From positions 84,332-148,331 of the forward strand of contig MTMF02000009.1 of assembly GCA_002011125.2 (NCBI GenBank): DNA of 64,000 nt. Direction: 5' to 3'. A program made the translations under genes and the position numbers. This document shows, piece after piece, positions 49,073 through 59,292 of the stretch (positions within the stretch are counted from its first letter, which is position 1; the number at the start of each line of letters is the position of its first letter). This DNA comes from Candidatus Hydrothermarchaeum profundi (lineage in GTDB: Archaea; Hydrothermarchaeota; Hydrothermarchaeia; Hydrothermarchaeales; Hydrothermarchaeaceae). The notes beneath the pieces were generated by a model that saw only the letters and a program-made list of their open reading frames with translations, was not told where the DNA came from and did not search any database.

Positions 49073-49354
49073 TTATTTCTTTTTTAACAGCTCGTTGAGT
49101 TGCTTTTCTTGGACATATCCTTCAACTTTTATATCGACGTTTTCTATACCTTTGATCTCTTTTATCTTCTCTTTAATAGCAAAAGCAAGCTGTGTACCCA
49201 ACGGGCAGTAGGGGCTTGAGGGAATGAAAGTTAAACTGACATTACCATCTTTGACGGAGAGGTCCTTTATTAATCCCATATCATAAACATTCATATTGGT
49301 ATGTGGGTCCATAACCTTTTTGAGACTTTGAATAACTTCATCCTCAGAAACCAT
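49073..49354 (-). CDS. DUF59/MIP18 (SufT-like) Fe-S assembly-associated protein
   Basis: VIQSLKKVMDPHTNMNVYDMGLI ... PSSPYCPLG pattern. Confidence 0.8.
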   Translation of the reverse strand: MVSEDEVIQSLKKVMDPHTNMNVYDMGLIKDLSVKDGNVSLTFIPSSPYCPLGTQLAFAIKEKIKEIKGIENVDIKVEGYVQEKQLNELLKKK

Positions 49355-49363
49355 ATTGTCACC

Positions 49364-49588
49364 TCACTTTTTTTTAAGTTCTTTTAACTTTTCTTCTCCT
49401 ACGCATTTCTCTGCAAATGAGCACCACTGAACACATGAACTAAGATCCCGGTATACAACTCCCCCACATTCACATTCAGCTTTTGTCTCGTCAGTAAAGA
49501 TCTCAACATCCTTGCCGCATTTTGGACAAGGCAACAATTCTATAGTTGGCCTCAATACACCAGAACTGCCTGGACATCTCATCTCCAT
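49364..49588 (-). CDS. Small cysteine-rich (8 Cys) zinc-ribbon-like protein
   Basis: CPGS...CPKCG...CECGG...CVQWC...C. Its stop lies 9 nt upstream of the DUF59 gene start. Confidence 0.5.
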   Translation of the reverse strand: MEMRCPGSSGVLRPTIELLPCPKCGKDVEIFTDETKAECECGGVVYRDLSSCVQWCSFAEKCVGEEKLKELKKK

Positions 49589-49769
49589 TTTTATCCCCTA
49601 TATTTATCCATTACTCCTAAGATTTATTTTTGGCTAAATAGATTTTTAATTAATAAGATTTAGTTAACATATATAAAGTTAATTGCTATAAAATATAATG
49701 ATTAATTAGATATGTATTTGTTTTAAAAGAAAAAGATTTATAAAGTAGAATAATATATAGGCTATAAAT

Positions 49770-50348
49770 ATGCTAAAAGAAAAACCTGATTTCGATAAAA
49801 AAGATAGACAAATATTATCGCTTTTTAGAGAGAATCCTGAAATTTCACAGAGCGAAATTGCCGAGAAAATAGGTATTTCTCAGCCATCTGTAGGGGTTAG
49901 GTTGAAGAAATTAAGGAATAAGGGAGCTATTTCTCATGTTGTTGGGATGAATTTCAAACGAGTTGGGCTTTATTTAGCAAAAGTCGACCTTACAACAAAA
50001 GATACATCTAAAGTATTAAATTTCTTTAGAGACTGTCCTTATTTCCTAAATGGGCTAATAACCTCCGGAAAGTATAATTTATGCCTCTTTTTTATGAGCG
50101 AGGATATTATATCGCTGGAAGCAATAGTAGACGCTCATTTAAGGCAAAACCCAGATGTAACAGATATCGACTTTAACATTGTTATAAGTCCTGTAAGTGA
50201 CCTTGTATTTCCGGTAAGAATGAATTTTGAGAAAAAGTCTGTACCTCCCTGTGGTTATAAAAAAACCTGTGCAAAATGCTCATATTATACTCCTGAGCAC
50301 TGCCTTGGTTGTCCAGTAACGGGCCATTATCGTGGGAAGTTGTGGTAA
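49770..50348 (+). CDS. Lrp/AsnC-family regulator with an extra C-terminal Cys-rich tail
   Basis: HTH (DRQILSLFRENPEISQSEIAEKIGISQPSVGVRLKKL), a RAM-like middle region, and the tail CGYKKTCAKCSYYTPEHCLGCPVTGH. Confidence 0.75.
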   Translation: MLKEKPDFDKKDRQILSLFRENPEISQSEIAEKIGISQPSVGVRLKKLRNKGAISHVVGMNFKRVGLYLAKVDLTTKDTSKVLNFFRDCPYFLNGLITSGKYNLCLFFMSEDIISLEAIVDAHLRQNPDVTDIDFNIVISPVSDLVFPVRMNFEKKSVPPCGYKKTCAKCSYYTPEHCLGCPVTGHYRGKLW

Positions 50349-50539
50349 AAAAAGGGGAGAGGACTCCTCAAGGAAGGAGAGGAGGAGAGAATTTTCGGAG
50401 TCCCCATAATAAAACAATATTAGATAGCTTATATATTTTTCTGTTATAAAATATATGTAATATATCATATTTGATTATAAAAAATTGTAAAATTGCCTAG
50501 AGAATTTATTTACTAAAATTTAGCATTATTAAAAAAGTT

Positions 50540-51067
50540 TTAAAACTCTATGCCCTCCTGAGCCTCAATACCTTTTTCATACGGATGCTTCACAAAACAC
50601 ATTTCTGTAACCAAATCAGCCTTCTCGATAAACTCTTTTGGTGCCCTTCTACCAGTTAACACTACGACAGTCTCCTCTGGGATTTCTTCAAGCAAGGCTA
50701 GAACCTCTTCTTTTTTAACGATATTAAAGTGGGCTGCGAGATTAATTTCATCTAATATCAAAAGTCTAGGTTTCATCTTCAGGATTTTTCTAGCAAATTT
50801 AAGTCCTTCCGAAGCAAGTTCAAAGTCTTTTGGTGACGGATTCCTAAAATCAATAAACTCCTTACGCCCAAACTGATAAATTTCGTATTCTGGAGCTAGT
50901 CTTTCTTTTATCTTATATTCACCTACAAATTTCCTACCTTTCATAAACTGGACTATTATGACTTTATATCCATGCCCTACCGCCCTTAAGGCCATACCTA
51001 ATGCATTGGTAGTTTTTCCTTCCCCTTCACCGGTATAAAGATAAATTAAGCCTCTTCTCATATTCAA
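50540..51067 (-). CDS. cobO: Cob(I)yrinic acid a,c-diamide adenosyltransferase
   Basis: GLIYLYTGEGEGKTTNALGMALRAVGHGYKVIIVQFMKG, LLILDEINLA. Confidence 0.9.
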   Translation of the reverse strand: MNMRRGLIYLYTGEGEGKTTNALGMALRAVGHGYKVIIVQFMKGRKFVGEYKIKERLAPEYEIYQFGRKEFIDFRNPSPKDFELASEGLKFARKILKMKPRLLILDEINLAAHFNIVKKEEVLALLEEIPEETVVVLTGRRAPKEFIEKADLVTEMCFVKHPYEKGIEAQEGIEF

Positions 51068-51070
51068 GCC

Positions 51071-53161
51071 TCATAGTGGGCATTCCCCAGTAATGCAGCC
51101 ACCAGAGAATTCAGAGTCCGCCACTATCCCCTCCCCCGTTTCTTTTTTTAGACCGCCAACTACTAACACCTGTTTTTCTTTACTGCCATAGCGATATACT
51201 GTAATGCCCTTGCATTTCATCTTATAAGCCATCATAAAGATTTTCCTGATATCTTCTAAAGTAGCATTAGCAGGTAAATTAACAGTTTTAGAAACAGCAT
51301 TATCTACATATTTTTGGAAGGCTGCCTGCATCTTAACATGCCACTCAGGCGCAACATCTAGAGAGGTAACAAATACTCTTTTAATATCTTCAGGTATTCC
51401 TTGAATGCCTTGGATGGTTCCATAGCGAGAAATCTTTATCATTAGATCATTGCTGTAAAATCCCCTCTCTTTAGCCACTTCCTCGAATACTGGGTTCACC
51501 TCCAACAGCTGGGTTCCCATAACGTTTCTCATAAAGCTCAGTGCAAAGATGGGTTCAATACTGGATGTGGTGCCAGCAATTATGCTTATAGTCCCAGTCG
51601 GTGCAATGCTATTCACAGTCGCATTCCTCATTCCTTTATATTTCCCCTTCCAAATGCTTTTTTCAAAATTGGGAAAAGATCCGCGCTCTTCAGCAAGCTC
51701 TAATGACTTTTTTCTGGACTCCTCGCTTATGAATTTCATTATCTTCTCAGCGGTCTTTAAAGCTTCCTTAGAGTCATAAGGGATAGAGAGCTTCGCCAGC
51801 ATCTCAGCAAGCCCCATAACTCCTAGACCTATTTTCCGATTATTCTTAGTGGTTATCTCTATTTGTTTGATGGGATACTTGTTCGCATCAATAACGTTAT
51901 CCAGAAAATGAATTCCAAGCCTAATGGTTTCTCTTAGTTTCTCCCAATCTATCTCTCCATCCTTCACCATCTTAGAGAGATTAACTGAACCTAGATTACA
52001 TGACTCATAGGGTAAAAGGGGAACCTCCCCACAGGGGTTAGTGCTTTCTATAACACCAAGTTTTCTCAATGGATGCCTCCGATTAATTTCATCCAAAAAA
52101 ACTAAACCTGGGTCACCAGTGCGCCAAGCCATGGTCACTATTAGGTCAAAAACATCTCGCGCCCTCAATTTTCCTACAGGCTTCCCAGTTCTAGGATTAA
52201 TTAATTCATATTCCTCATCTTTTTTTACTGCCTCCATAAATACGTCAGTTACCCCCACCGATATGTTAAAGTTGTCCAAAAATCCTTCTTTCTCCTTAGC
52301 TGTTATAAACTCTATAATATCAGGGTGGTCCACTCTAAGAATACCCATATTAGCTCCTCTTCGTCTACCTCCCTGCTTTATCACCTCAGTTGCCTGATCA
52401 AATACACGCATAAATGAGACCGGTCCTGAAGCGACTCCTTTGGTTGTACGTACAATGTCTCCTCTAGGTCTTAGCCTAGAAAACGAAAAACCTGTTCCCC
52501 CACCAGACTGGTGTATTAGACTCATATCCCTCAATGTCTCAAATATGCTCTTCAAAGAATCTTCAATTGGGAGGACAAAACAAGCACTTAACTGCCCAAG
52601 ATCCGTACCTGCATTCATGAGAGTCGGAGAATTTGGTAGAAAATTAAGAGATGCCATGGCATTATAGAAACTCTCTTCAGACTTCTCTACGTCCCCACCA
52701 TATCTCTTATCTATTGCTGCGATAGCCTTAGCTACCCTCCTAAACATCCCAGAAGGAGTTTCTATTATATTTCCGTTTTCATCCTTTAAGAGATAACGCC
52801 TTTCCAGTACCCTAATCGCATTTAGGTTTAGCTTAAGTTCGTCTTTTTCAACTCCCAAAAGTTTTTTAGCTTCTCTTACCTCAGTTCGCTTTTGTCTATA
52901 AAGAATGTATGCCTTAGCTACTCTTGCATGGCCATTCTTAATTAATACCTCCTCAACTATGTCCTGAACATCCTCAACGCTGGGGATAGCATTCTTGAAT
53001 CTCTCTTTGAGAATTTCAACTACTTGTTGAGACATCTCCCTAGCAAGGTCTCCATCCCTTTCTTTAACAGCTAGGATAGCTTTTTGTATTGCAATAGTTA
53101 TCTTTTGCGAATCAAACGGGACTAGTCTTCCATCTCTCTTGCGTATTTTTTCCATTTTCAA
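51071..53161 (-). CDS. nrdJ: Adenosylcobalamin-dependent (class II) ribonucleotide reductase
   Basis: ATP-cone ([16 protein letters not shown]), [16 protein letters not shown] (thiyl-radical Cys loop), and a C-terminal Cys pair ([10 protein letters not shown]). Confidence 0.93.
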   Translation of the reverse strand: MKMEKIRKRDGRLVPFDSQKITIAIQKAILAVKERDGDLAREMSQQVVEILKERFKNAIPSVEDVQDIVEEVLIKNGHARVAKAYILYRQKRTEVREAKKLLGVEKDELKLNLNAIRVLERRYLLKDENGNIIETPSGMFRRVAKAIAAIDKRYGGDVEKSEESFYNAMASLNFLPNSPTLMNAGTDLGQLSACFVLPIEDSLKSIFETLRDMSLIHQSGGGTGFSFSRLRPRGDIVRTTKGVASGPVSFMRVFDQATEVIKQGGRRRGANMGILRVDHPDIIEFITAKEKEGFLDNFNISVGVTDVFMEAVKKDEEYELINPRTGKPVGKLRARDVFDLIVTMAWRTGDPGLVFLDEINRRHPLRKLGVIESTNPCGEVPLLPYESCNLGSVNLSKMVKDGEIDWEKLRETIRLGIHFLDNVIDANKYPIKQIEITTKNNRKIGLGVMGLAEMLAKLSIPYDSKEALKTAEKIMKFISEESRKKSLELAEERGSFPNFEKSIWKGKYKGMRNATVNSIAPTGTISIIAGTTSSIEPIFALSFMRNVMGTQLLEVNPVFEEVAKERGFYSNDLMIKISRYGTIQGIQGIPEDIKRVFVTSLDVAPEWHVKMQAAFQKYVDNAVSKTVNLPANATLEDIRKIFMMAYKMKCKGITVYRYGSKEKQVLVVGGLKKETGEGIVADSEFSGGCITGECPL

Positions 53162-53304
53162 GTCAACTTTAGGATTGTCATATTTTCTTTAAATATTTAA
53201 TCCTTAAACTAATAAAAAAAAGAAATATTTATATATTATAAGATTTTTTATTTTTTCCTTATATATTATAGTTGTTAATATTATAAATTTATTAGGGCAG
53301 ACCT

Positions 53305-54834
53305 ATGAATGAGAAGATATGTCTCAGGGATTTTCCAGAATTCGTGAGGCTTGAGGTCTCTAGAGACTTATCTTCAAAAATTTTTAATACCGTTTTAGAA
53401 AATATTAAAGAAGAAACTGTCGACGCTGATTGTTACGAAGAATGGCCCTCAAATTTCTTTTATGGTAAGATTGGAGGAAAAATTTTAGAGGCTTTAAAAC
53501 AAGGAACGCTAACAGGGCGGGAGATTATAGAAAAAACAGGGATATCAAAAAATACCTTTTACCATAAGATAGCTGAACTTAAGAAGGAAGGGATAGTAAA
53601 AGGACGCTATGAAATAACTGGACTCAGACCAAAATTTTCTTATCTCTACAGCTTTGAAAGTCTTTCTCCCAACGAACGCCGGAGTAAAGGAATTTCAAAG
53701 GAAGATGTAATCATCGCTCTTTATCTATGGCCAAAGTACAAAGAGGCATGTTTAAAGGAGAGAATAAGTCCTAGCACTAACAGATACTCGGTTGGATACC
53801 GTGACCTCTTTAGCCTTGCACAGGCTATTAAGACATGGAAAAAAGGAGACCACATGATACCAAAGTGGGTTCTCATTGCTCTTGCTGAAGCTTCCAACCA
53901 ATTAAATTTGGTAGAATCAGAAGGAGCTATACTAAGTTATTCTTTGCCTCCAGGTATAAAGGTTGCCCCCTACTATGAAGGTAAATATAAAATACCGATA
54001 GATGTAGGAGTGGAACTCGATATAGCCACAATCCAGTTTCTAGTTAAAGGCACAGAATCTAGGAGATATAATCACAAGAATAAAGAACATTTCTTTGAAA
54101 AACTCTTTAAAACCTTTGGAGTGTTTCCACAGAATGATGGCAGAGTTCCAGGAGTGATATTGGAAATAATAAAGAAACATTACAATGTTTGTATTTCTAA
54201 GGAAAATGCTAGGATACCAGAACTAATATTCAAAAAGCTAGAGGAACTAAAAGACCCTGAAAAAATGCAGAAAGAGATAGAATTATTAGAGGGAATATTA
54301 GAGTTAGGCAGCCATTCTAATGGATATGTAGAAATTACCTGTAGGTCAGAGAATTTTTTCAAAGATCTGTCACAGATAACTGAATCAGTAGGAATAGGAG
54401 AGCTAAATATTAGAAATAGAAGGGATAGACCGCATTTTAGAAGTGAGCTATCTATAAAAAAATTTGAGAATGCAAAAAAAAGATTAGAACATATAAAAGA
54501 GATCTACGCTAAAATTGACCAAATATATCCCGACATTAGGGTATGGGAAAATATCCCTTTAAACAAAATAAGAGAGAAGATAAGGACGATAGATGGGGAT
54601 ATCAAAAAGTTAGAAGAGATATGTAAAGAAGAACTTGCCACTCATTTAAACTCGGCTTTAGAGAGCATTTATAGAAACAAGCCGATTTATCGGAGGGTAG
54701 TCCAGTCCTCTTATCTCAAACAAGAGATGATGGAGTATTTCTGGACTAATAAGAAGATTCCCAGCACTAGGAATGTCCAAGAATTTTTATCAAATAAACT
54801 TGCAGAAACTCCATTTATCCATCGAGTTATTTAG
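53305..54834 (+). CDS. Hypothetical 509-aa protein with an N-terminal winged-helix domain
   Basis: KILEALKQGTLTGREIIEKTGISKNTFYHKIAELKKEGIVKG is wHTH-like. Downstream segments faintly resemble degenerate LAGLIDADG modules (see findings). Confidence 0.5.
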   Translation: MNEKICLRDFPEFVRLEVSRDLSSKIFNTVLENIKEETVDADCYEEWPSNFFYGKIGGKILEALKQGTLTGREIIEKTGISKNTFYHKIAELKKEGIVKGRYEITGLRPKFSYLYSFESLSPNERRSKGISKEDVIIALYLWPKYKEACLKERISPSTNRYSVGYRDLFSLAQAIKTWKKGDHMIPKWVLIALAEASNQLNLVESEGAILSYSLPPGIKVAPYYEGKYKIPIDVGVELDIATIQFLVKGTESRRYNHKNKEHFFEKLFKTFGVFPQNDGRVPGVILEIIKKHYNVCISKENARIPELIFKKLEELKDPEKMQKEIELLEGILELGSHSNGYVEITCRSENFFKDLSQITESVGIGELNIRNRRDRPHFRSELSIKKFENAKKRLEHIKEIYAKIDQIYPDIRVWENIPLNKIREKIRTIDGDIKKLEEICKEELATHLNSALESIYRNKPIYRRVVQSSYLKQEMMEYFWTNKKIPSTRNVQEFLSNKLAETPFIHRVI

Positions 54835-54890
54835 CGGCCCTCTGCTTTTGGATAAATTTTTAATTACTAAAAGATTCTTGGAGTAATAGG

Positions 54891-55664
54891 GTGAGCACTA
54901 CGCATATCAGATTCAAGGTATATCGTAGCTCAGGCAAACAAAAAAAATATGACGTATATGAGCTAAAAGCAGAATCGGGGATGACTGTTCTCGACGCTCT
55001 TCTAAAAATAAAAGAGGAACAAGATGGAACCCTAGGCGTAAGATATTCTTGCCGGTGGTCGGTCTGTGGCTCTTGCGGGATGTTAATTAATAAGATTCCC
55101 CGTCTTGCATGTAGAACTATGGTTAGCGAGGTGGAAAATGAAACTGTGCTTAGAATTGAAGGCTGGGGGCCTATTGCTAAGCCCGTTTTCCGGAAAGCAA
55201 AAGGTGAGATATTGCTTGAGCCTTTGCCTAATCTCCCAGTAGTGAAGGACCTAATAGTTGACTGGCGGCCATTCTTCGAGAAATTAAAAAAAGTCGAACC
55301 ATGGTTGGTAGGAGGAGAAGTTCAACCTGATAAAGAGCGGTTAATGAATAATGAAAGAAGTCTTGAACTTGGGGTATATGCAAACTGTATACTTTGTGCC
55401 GTATGCTATGGCTCTTGCCCTGTAGTGGAGAGAGATAGGGAATATCTTGGTCCAGCTGCATTATCCCAAGCTTGGAGATTCTTTAACGATCCTCGTCACA
55501 TTGAAAAGAAAAAAATATTAGATCTAGTTGACTCACAGCAGGGCATCTGGGGATGTGACGGGGTTTATAATTGCACTGAAGTCTGCCCTAAATCTGTTAA
55601 GCCAACTCAGGCAATCATGGCACTTAGGAGAAACGCATTTAAGTATAAATTAATGAGGAGATAA
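54891..55664 (+). CDS. sdhB: Succinate dehydrogenase / fumarate reductase iron-sulfur subunit
   Basis: [2Fe-2S] CRWSVCGSCGMLINKIPRLAC, CILCAVCYGSCP, CDGVYNCTEVCP. GTG start. Confidence 0.92.
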   Translation: MSTTHIRFKVYRSSGKQKKYDVYELKAESGMTVLDALLKIKEEQDGTLGVRYSCRWSVCGSCGMLINKIPRLACRTMVSEVENETVLRIEGWGPIAKPVFRKAKGEILLEPLPNLPVVKDLIVDWRPFFEKLKKVEPWLVGGEVQPDKERLMNNERSLELGVYANCILCAVCYGSCPVVERDREYLGPAALSQAWRFFNDPRHIEKKKILDLVDSQQGIWGCDGVYNCTEVCPKSVKPTQAIMALRRNAFKYKLMRR

Positions 55665-55665
55665 T

Positions 55666-55992
55666 ATGAGTCAAAAACCTGGAAACTCGGGTATGATAGC
55701 TTGGCTTCTTCAAAGAATCACTGGCTTATTACTCGTCGCTTACCTCGCCACGCATCTATGGGTAAATCATTTTTCACATATCACAACCCCTCTAGACGAC
55801 TTCTTTCTTTTTTTACTTGGAGATAAGTTTTTGCCTGTGCTACTTGCTCTACTCACTTATCATGCGTTAAATGGCTTCCGAGTTTTTGCTATCGATTTTG
55901 GGATAGGCGCCAGAGGTCAAAAACTGCTATTTTGGGGTCTTGTAGTGTTAGGGGGCGCAATTTTTTTCTTCTGGGTGTTTGACTTTGGCTAG
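55666..55992 (+). CDS. sdhC: Succinate dehydrogenase membrane anchor (SdhC-like, 3 TM, 108 aa)
   Basis: [22 protein letters not shown] and TYHALNG resemble SdhC-type quinone/haem residues. Located between sdhB and sdhA. Confidence 0.6.
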   Translation: MSQKPGNSGMIAWLLQRITGLLLVAYLATHLWVNHFSHITTPLDDFFLFLLGDKFLPVLLALLTYHALNGFRVFAIDFGIGARGQKLLFWGLVVLGGAIFFFWVFDFG

Positions 55993-56024
55993 ACATCAAA
56001 AATTGGGGAAGGAGATTTGATAAC

Positions 56025-57701
56025 TTGCTAAAACATGATATTGTAATTATAGGTGGAGGTCTCACAGGCCTTAGAGCAGCACTTGAAGCAAGCGGTAAGG
56101 CCAATGTAGCACTAATCTCAAAAGTTCATCCTCTCAGATCACATTCTGTAGCAGCTCAAGGAGGAATAAACGCTGCACTAGGTCCGGAGGATAGTTGGGA
56201 GAAGCACGCCTTCGACACCATAAAAGGGAGCGACTATTTAGCTGATCAAGACGCTGTGGAAGTTCTATGCAAAGAAGCGCCACAGGCAGTGATAGAACTC
56301 GAACATCTCGGGGTTTTGTTTAGCAGAGATGAATATGATAAGATTGCTCTTCGCCCTTTTGGGGGAGGTATGTATCCAAGGACGTGTTATGTTGGGGATA
56401 TGACTGGACATGCCTTAATGCATACTCTATATCAACAGCTATTAAAAGAAGGAGTCAAAATCTATGAGGAATGGTTTATTACTTCCTTAGTGGTTTCGGA
56501 TGGAAGATGCGTGGGATTAACCGCCTTGGAAATACCTACTGGGAAACTGCATGCAATTCAAGCTAAATCGGTTATTATAGCAACTGGTGGATATGGAAGA
56601 GTTTACGCTAACAGCACCAACGCTCATATAAATACAGGAGATGGAATTGCAATAGCCTATAGAGCTGGTGCTCCCTTAATGGATATGGAGTTTGTTCAGT
56701 TCCACCCTACTACGCTTTTCGGAAGCAATATTTTGATAACTGAGGGTGCTAGAGGGGAGGGTGCTTACTTGCTTAATAAAAAGGGCGAGAGGTTTATGAA
56801 ACGGTATGCGCCTGATAAGATGGAGTTAGCTCCTAGAGATATAGTAGCACGCTCAATCGTCACAGAGATAAAAGAAGGTAGAGCATATGAGGAAGGATAC
56901 GTCTTGTTGGATATGCGGCATCTGGGTGGAAAGAAGATTAGGGAAAGGCTGCCGCAGGTGAGGGATATAATAATAAATTTTTATGGCGCTGATCCAGAGA
57001 CTGAACCTATAAAAGTGCAGCCTGGACAACATTACTCTATGGGTGGTATAAAAGTTGACGTCACTGCAGCTAGCCCAATTAAGGGGCTCTATGCCGCAGG
57101 AGAATGCGCATGTGTAAGCGTCCATGGTGCAAACCGTTTAGGAGGAAACTCCCTTTTAGAGACTATCGTATTTGGCAAAATAGCTGCAAAAAGCTCTTTG
57201 AAATATATTGAAGAGATAGATTTTGTTGGAGAAGAAGTCCTCGCTTCTAAGTTTGAGGAAGAAAATAAACGAATTAATGAAATAAAAGCAAGAAAAAGAG
57301 GTATTAGACATTCTAAGATTAGAAAAGAACTTAAAAATCTTATGATGAATAATGTTGGGATATTTAGAGAAAAGGAGAGTCTACAGAGAGCCTTAGATAG
57401 AATCTCAGAGCTAAAAAAGCTGTACAATAATATATTTTTAGACGATAAAGGGGATATATACAATCAAGATTTAATAAATGCTTTTGAACTAGGCTTTCTC
57501 CTTGATATTGCAGAAACTATATGCATAGGTGCTCTTAGAAGGGAGGAGAGTAGAGGCTCCCATTATAGGGTTGACTTTCCGAAAAGAGATGACAAAAATT
57601 GGCTTAAACATTCCCTATTCTACTATACACCAGAAGGCCCTCGAGTAGAATATTGCGATGTCACTATAACCCGATTCCCCCCCAAAGAGAGGGAATACTG
57701 A
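56025..57701 (+). CDS. sdhA: Succinate dehydrogenase / fumarate reductase flavoprotein subunit
   Basis: [27 protein letters not shown] (FAD-attachment His context), [25 protein letters not shown] start. Confidence 0.95.
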   Translation: MLKHDIVIIGGGLTGLRAALEASGKANVALISKVHPLRSHSVAAQGGINAALGPEDSWEKHAFDTIKGSDYLADQDAVEVLCKEAPQAVIELEHLGVLFSRDEYDKIALRPFGGGMYPRTCYVGDMTGHALMHTLYQQLLKEGVKIYEEWFITSLVVSDGRCVGLTALEIPTGKLHAIQAKSVIIATGGYGRVYANSTNAHINTGDGIAIAYRAGAPLMDMEFVQFHPTTLFGSNILITEGARGEGAYLLNKKGERFMKRYAPDKMELAPRDIVARSIVTEIKEGRAYEEGYVLLDMRHLGGKKIRERLPQVRDIIINFYGADPETEPIKVQPGQHYSMGGIKVDVTAASPIKGLYAAGECACVSVHGANRLGGNSLLETIVFGKIAAKSSLKYIEEIDFVGEEVLASKFEEENKRINEIKARKRGIRHSKIRKELKNLMMNNVGIFREKESLQRALDRISELKKLYNNIFLDDKGDIYNQDLINAFELGFLLDIAETICIGALRREESRGSHYRVDFPKRDDKNWLKHSLFYYTPEGPRVEYCDVTITRFPPKEREY

Positions 57702-58937
57702 TCATCTCAATTTCTCAGGGGCCCACTTTTCTAAAGCTATTTTGAGTTCTCTATGATTTTCCGCATATTCTTTGAGAGATATTCCTTCTACTACTGCGCT
57801 AACTGCCTGCCGCATAGCGGTAGCACCAGCCCTCGTTCCTTCATCATGCCCATGGATCCCTCCGCCAGCCTGAATTACAACATTTATGCCAGATATTTTT
57901 ATAAGATCGTCAACTATTCCTGGATGTAAGCCGCCTGAAGCAACACTCAACACCTTCCTCAATCCAATCTCTTCTTCTAGAACTGCTTTGTACTGTAAGT
58001 CCTCATCAGGCGAGCCCTTCATCTTTCCGACACCAAACGAGCCTATATGGAGCTGGTCTACTCCTATTAAACGAGCTATTTTTGCTATTACTTTCATCGA
58101 TATACCATGCCGCTTATGTCTAGTTAAAGCCGCATGCCCTGCCCTATGGGCATGTATTACCCTATCAAGGCCTGCATTTCTAATTGTTTGAAGAGAGGCC
58201 CAGCCCGAGGTCAGGATATCGACCATTATGTATTCCCCGCCGTTTTCCTTAACCAGTCTGGCTCTTTCAAGCATCTCGAGAGTTTCAGCAGTTATGTTTG
58301 GCATATAGATCTTCTTTTCTCCTGTTTCCTCCTCAGCTTTATCTCTCATCCTTAGAGTTTCCTTAATTCTCTTCGAGAAGGGATTGAACTTCATATTAGC
58401 TAGGTTTTCATCATCTTTAACTATATCAACGCCCCCTACCCAAGCTTCATATGCAACCTTAGCATGCTCTTTCGCGTTTAATCCAAGCTTTGGTTTTATT
58501 ATGGTTCCAATAAAAGGCCTATTTTTAATCCCAGTGAGATCTCGAATACCTTCAATCCCAAATTTAGGGCCTTTAAAAGATCTTACGATACCCTCTGGGA
58601 ATATGACATCTAAAAGCCTAAGATGAGTCACTTCCTTAAGTCCAAAAATGTTTCCAGCTATTGAACTCAGTATCTGAGGCATATTGGCTTCTTCAAAAAG
58701 TACTTGAGGATATGCGATTTTGGCTGTTTTTGATTCAAGGTCATGATAAAATACCTTCGGGGCTAATTTCCTTTTTATTTCATCCTTCATCGTAGTAAGT
58801 GCAGTCCAAGTGCCTATAGAACTCTCCGCGGCAATCCTCTCGGCCGCCTCTAAATGGGGAATCCCTTCTACTTCGTAATAAAACTCGCAAACTAAATCGC
58901 CAGACGAAGGAGTATAATTTAAGTCAAGATAGCTCAC
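57702..58937 (-). CDS. rbcL: Ribulose-1,5-bisphosphate carboxylase large subunit, archaeal form III-type
   Basis: All canonical catalytic motifs are present: AAESSIGTW, GNIFG, IIKPKLGL, GGVDIVKDDEN (carbamylated Lys), IHAHRAGHAA, LHIGSFGVGKMKG, ASGGLHPG, QAGGGIHGH. No small-subunit gene is present. Confidence 0.92.
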   Translation of the reverse strand: MSYLDLNYTPSSGDLVCEFYYEVEGIPHLEAAERIAAESSIGTWTALTTMKDEIKRKLAPKVFYHDLESKTAKIAYPQVLFEEANMPQILSSIAGNIFGLKEVTHLRLLDVIFPEGIVRSFKGPKFGIEGIRDLTGIKNRPFIGTIIKPKLGLNAKEHAKVAYEAWVGGVDIVKDDENLANMKFNPFSKRIKETLRMRDKAEEETGEKKIYMPNITAETLEMLERARLVKENGGEYIMVDILTSGWASLQTIRNAGLDRVIHAHRAGHAALTRHKRHGISMKVIAKIARLIGVDQLHIGSFGVGKMKGSPDEDLQYKAVLEEEIGLRKVLSVASGGLHPGIVDDLIKISGINVVIQAGGGIHGHDEGTRAGATAMRQAVSAVVEGISLKEYAENHRELKIALEKWAPEKLR

Positions 58938-58996
58938 TAGAGCACCTCCCCAGAAATATTAGAGTGCATGTTTAAAAATGTTATCCAGCTAATGAT

Positions 58997-59185
58997 TTAT
59001 AACTTTTCAGCGTAGTGACACCATTCTACTCCTTCTATCCCATTTTCAAAACACGCTGGCTCAAGTTGATATCTATTCTTTTTCTTTGGACAATTATGTT
59101 TTGCGCTACATACTGCAATTGCTTTATCTGCCGTGAAAGTGGATATCCGGCAACTGGGGTGCAAAAGTTGTAGTGCTTTCGTCAT
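58997..59185 (-). CDS. Hypothetical small Cys-containing protein
   Basis: ORF only, with 5 Cys residues and no recognisable family. Confidence 0.3.
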   Translation of the reverse strand: MTKALQLLHPSCRISTFTADKAIAVCSAKHNCPKKKNRYQLEPACFENGIEGVEWCHYAEKL

Positions 59186-59292
59186 TCCTATTCACCTTAG
59201 CCCATAATGCTCGAGTCTCATTTGAAAATATTATTATAATTTATAGGGTTTTTATGTTTAAATTAAAAAAAATAGTCATAAAATATTATAAT

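Noticed and set aside
50350-50410. Purine-rich segment with GGACTCC...GGAGTCC inverted repeat after the Lrp-like gene (possible ncRNA or terminator).
   Set aside because: The stem is only 7 bp with a loop of about 29 nt, and there is no following T-tract on either strand. Too weak to call.
57702-58937. RuBisCO-like protein (form IV, non-carboxylating).
   Set aside because: All carboxylase active-site motifs are intact, including KPKLG, VKDDEN, HAHRAGH, GKMKG and GGGIHGH.
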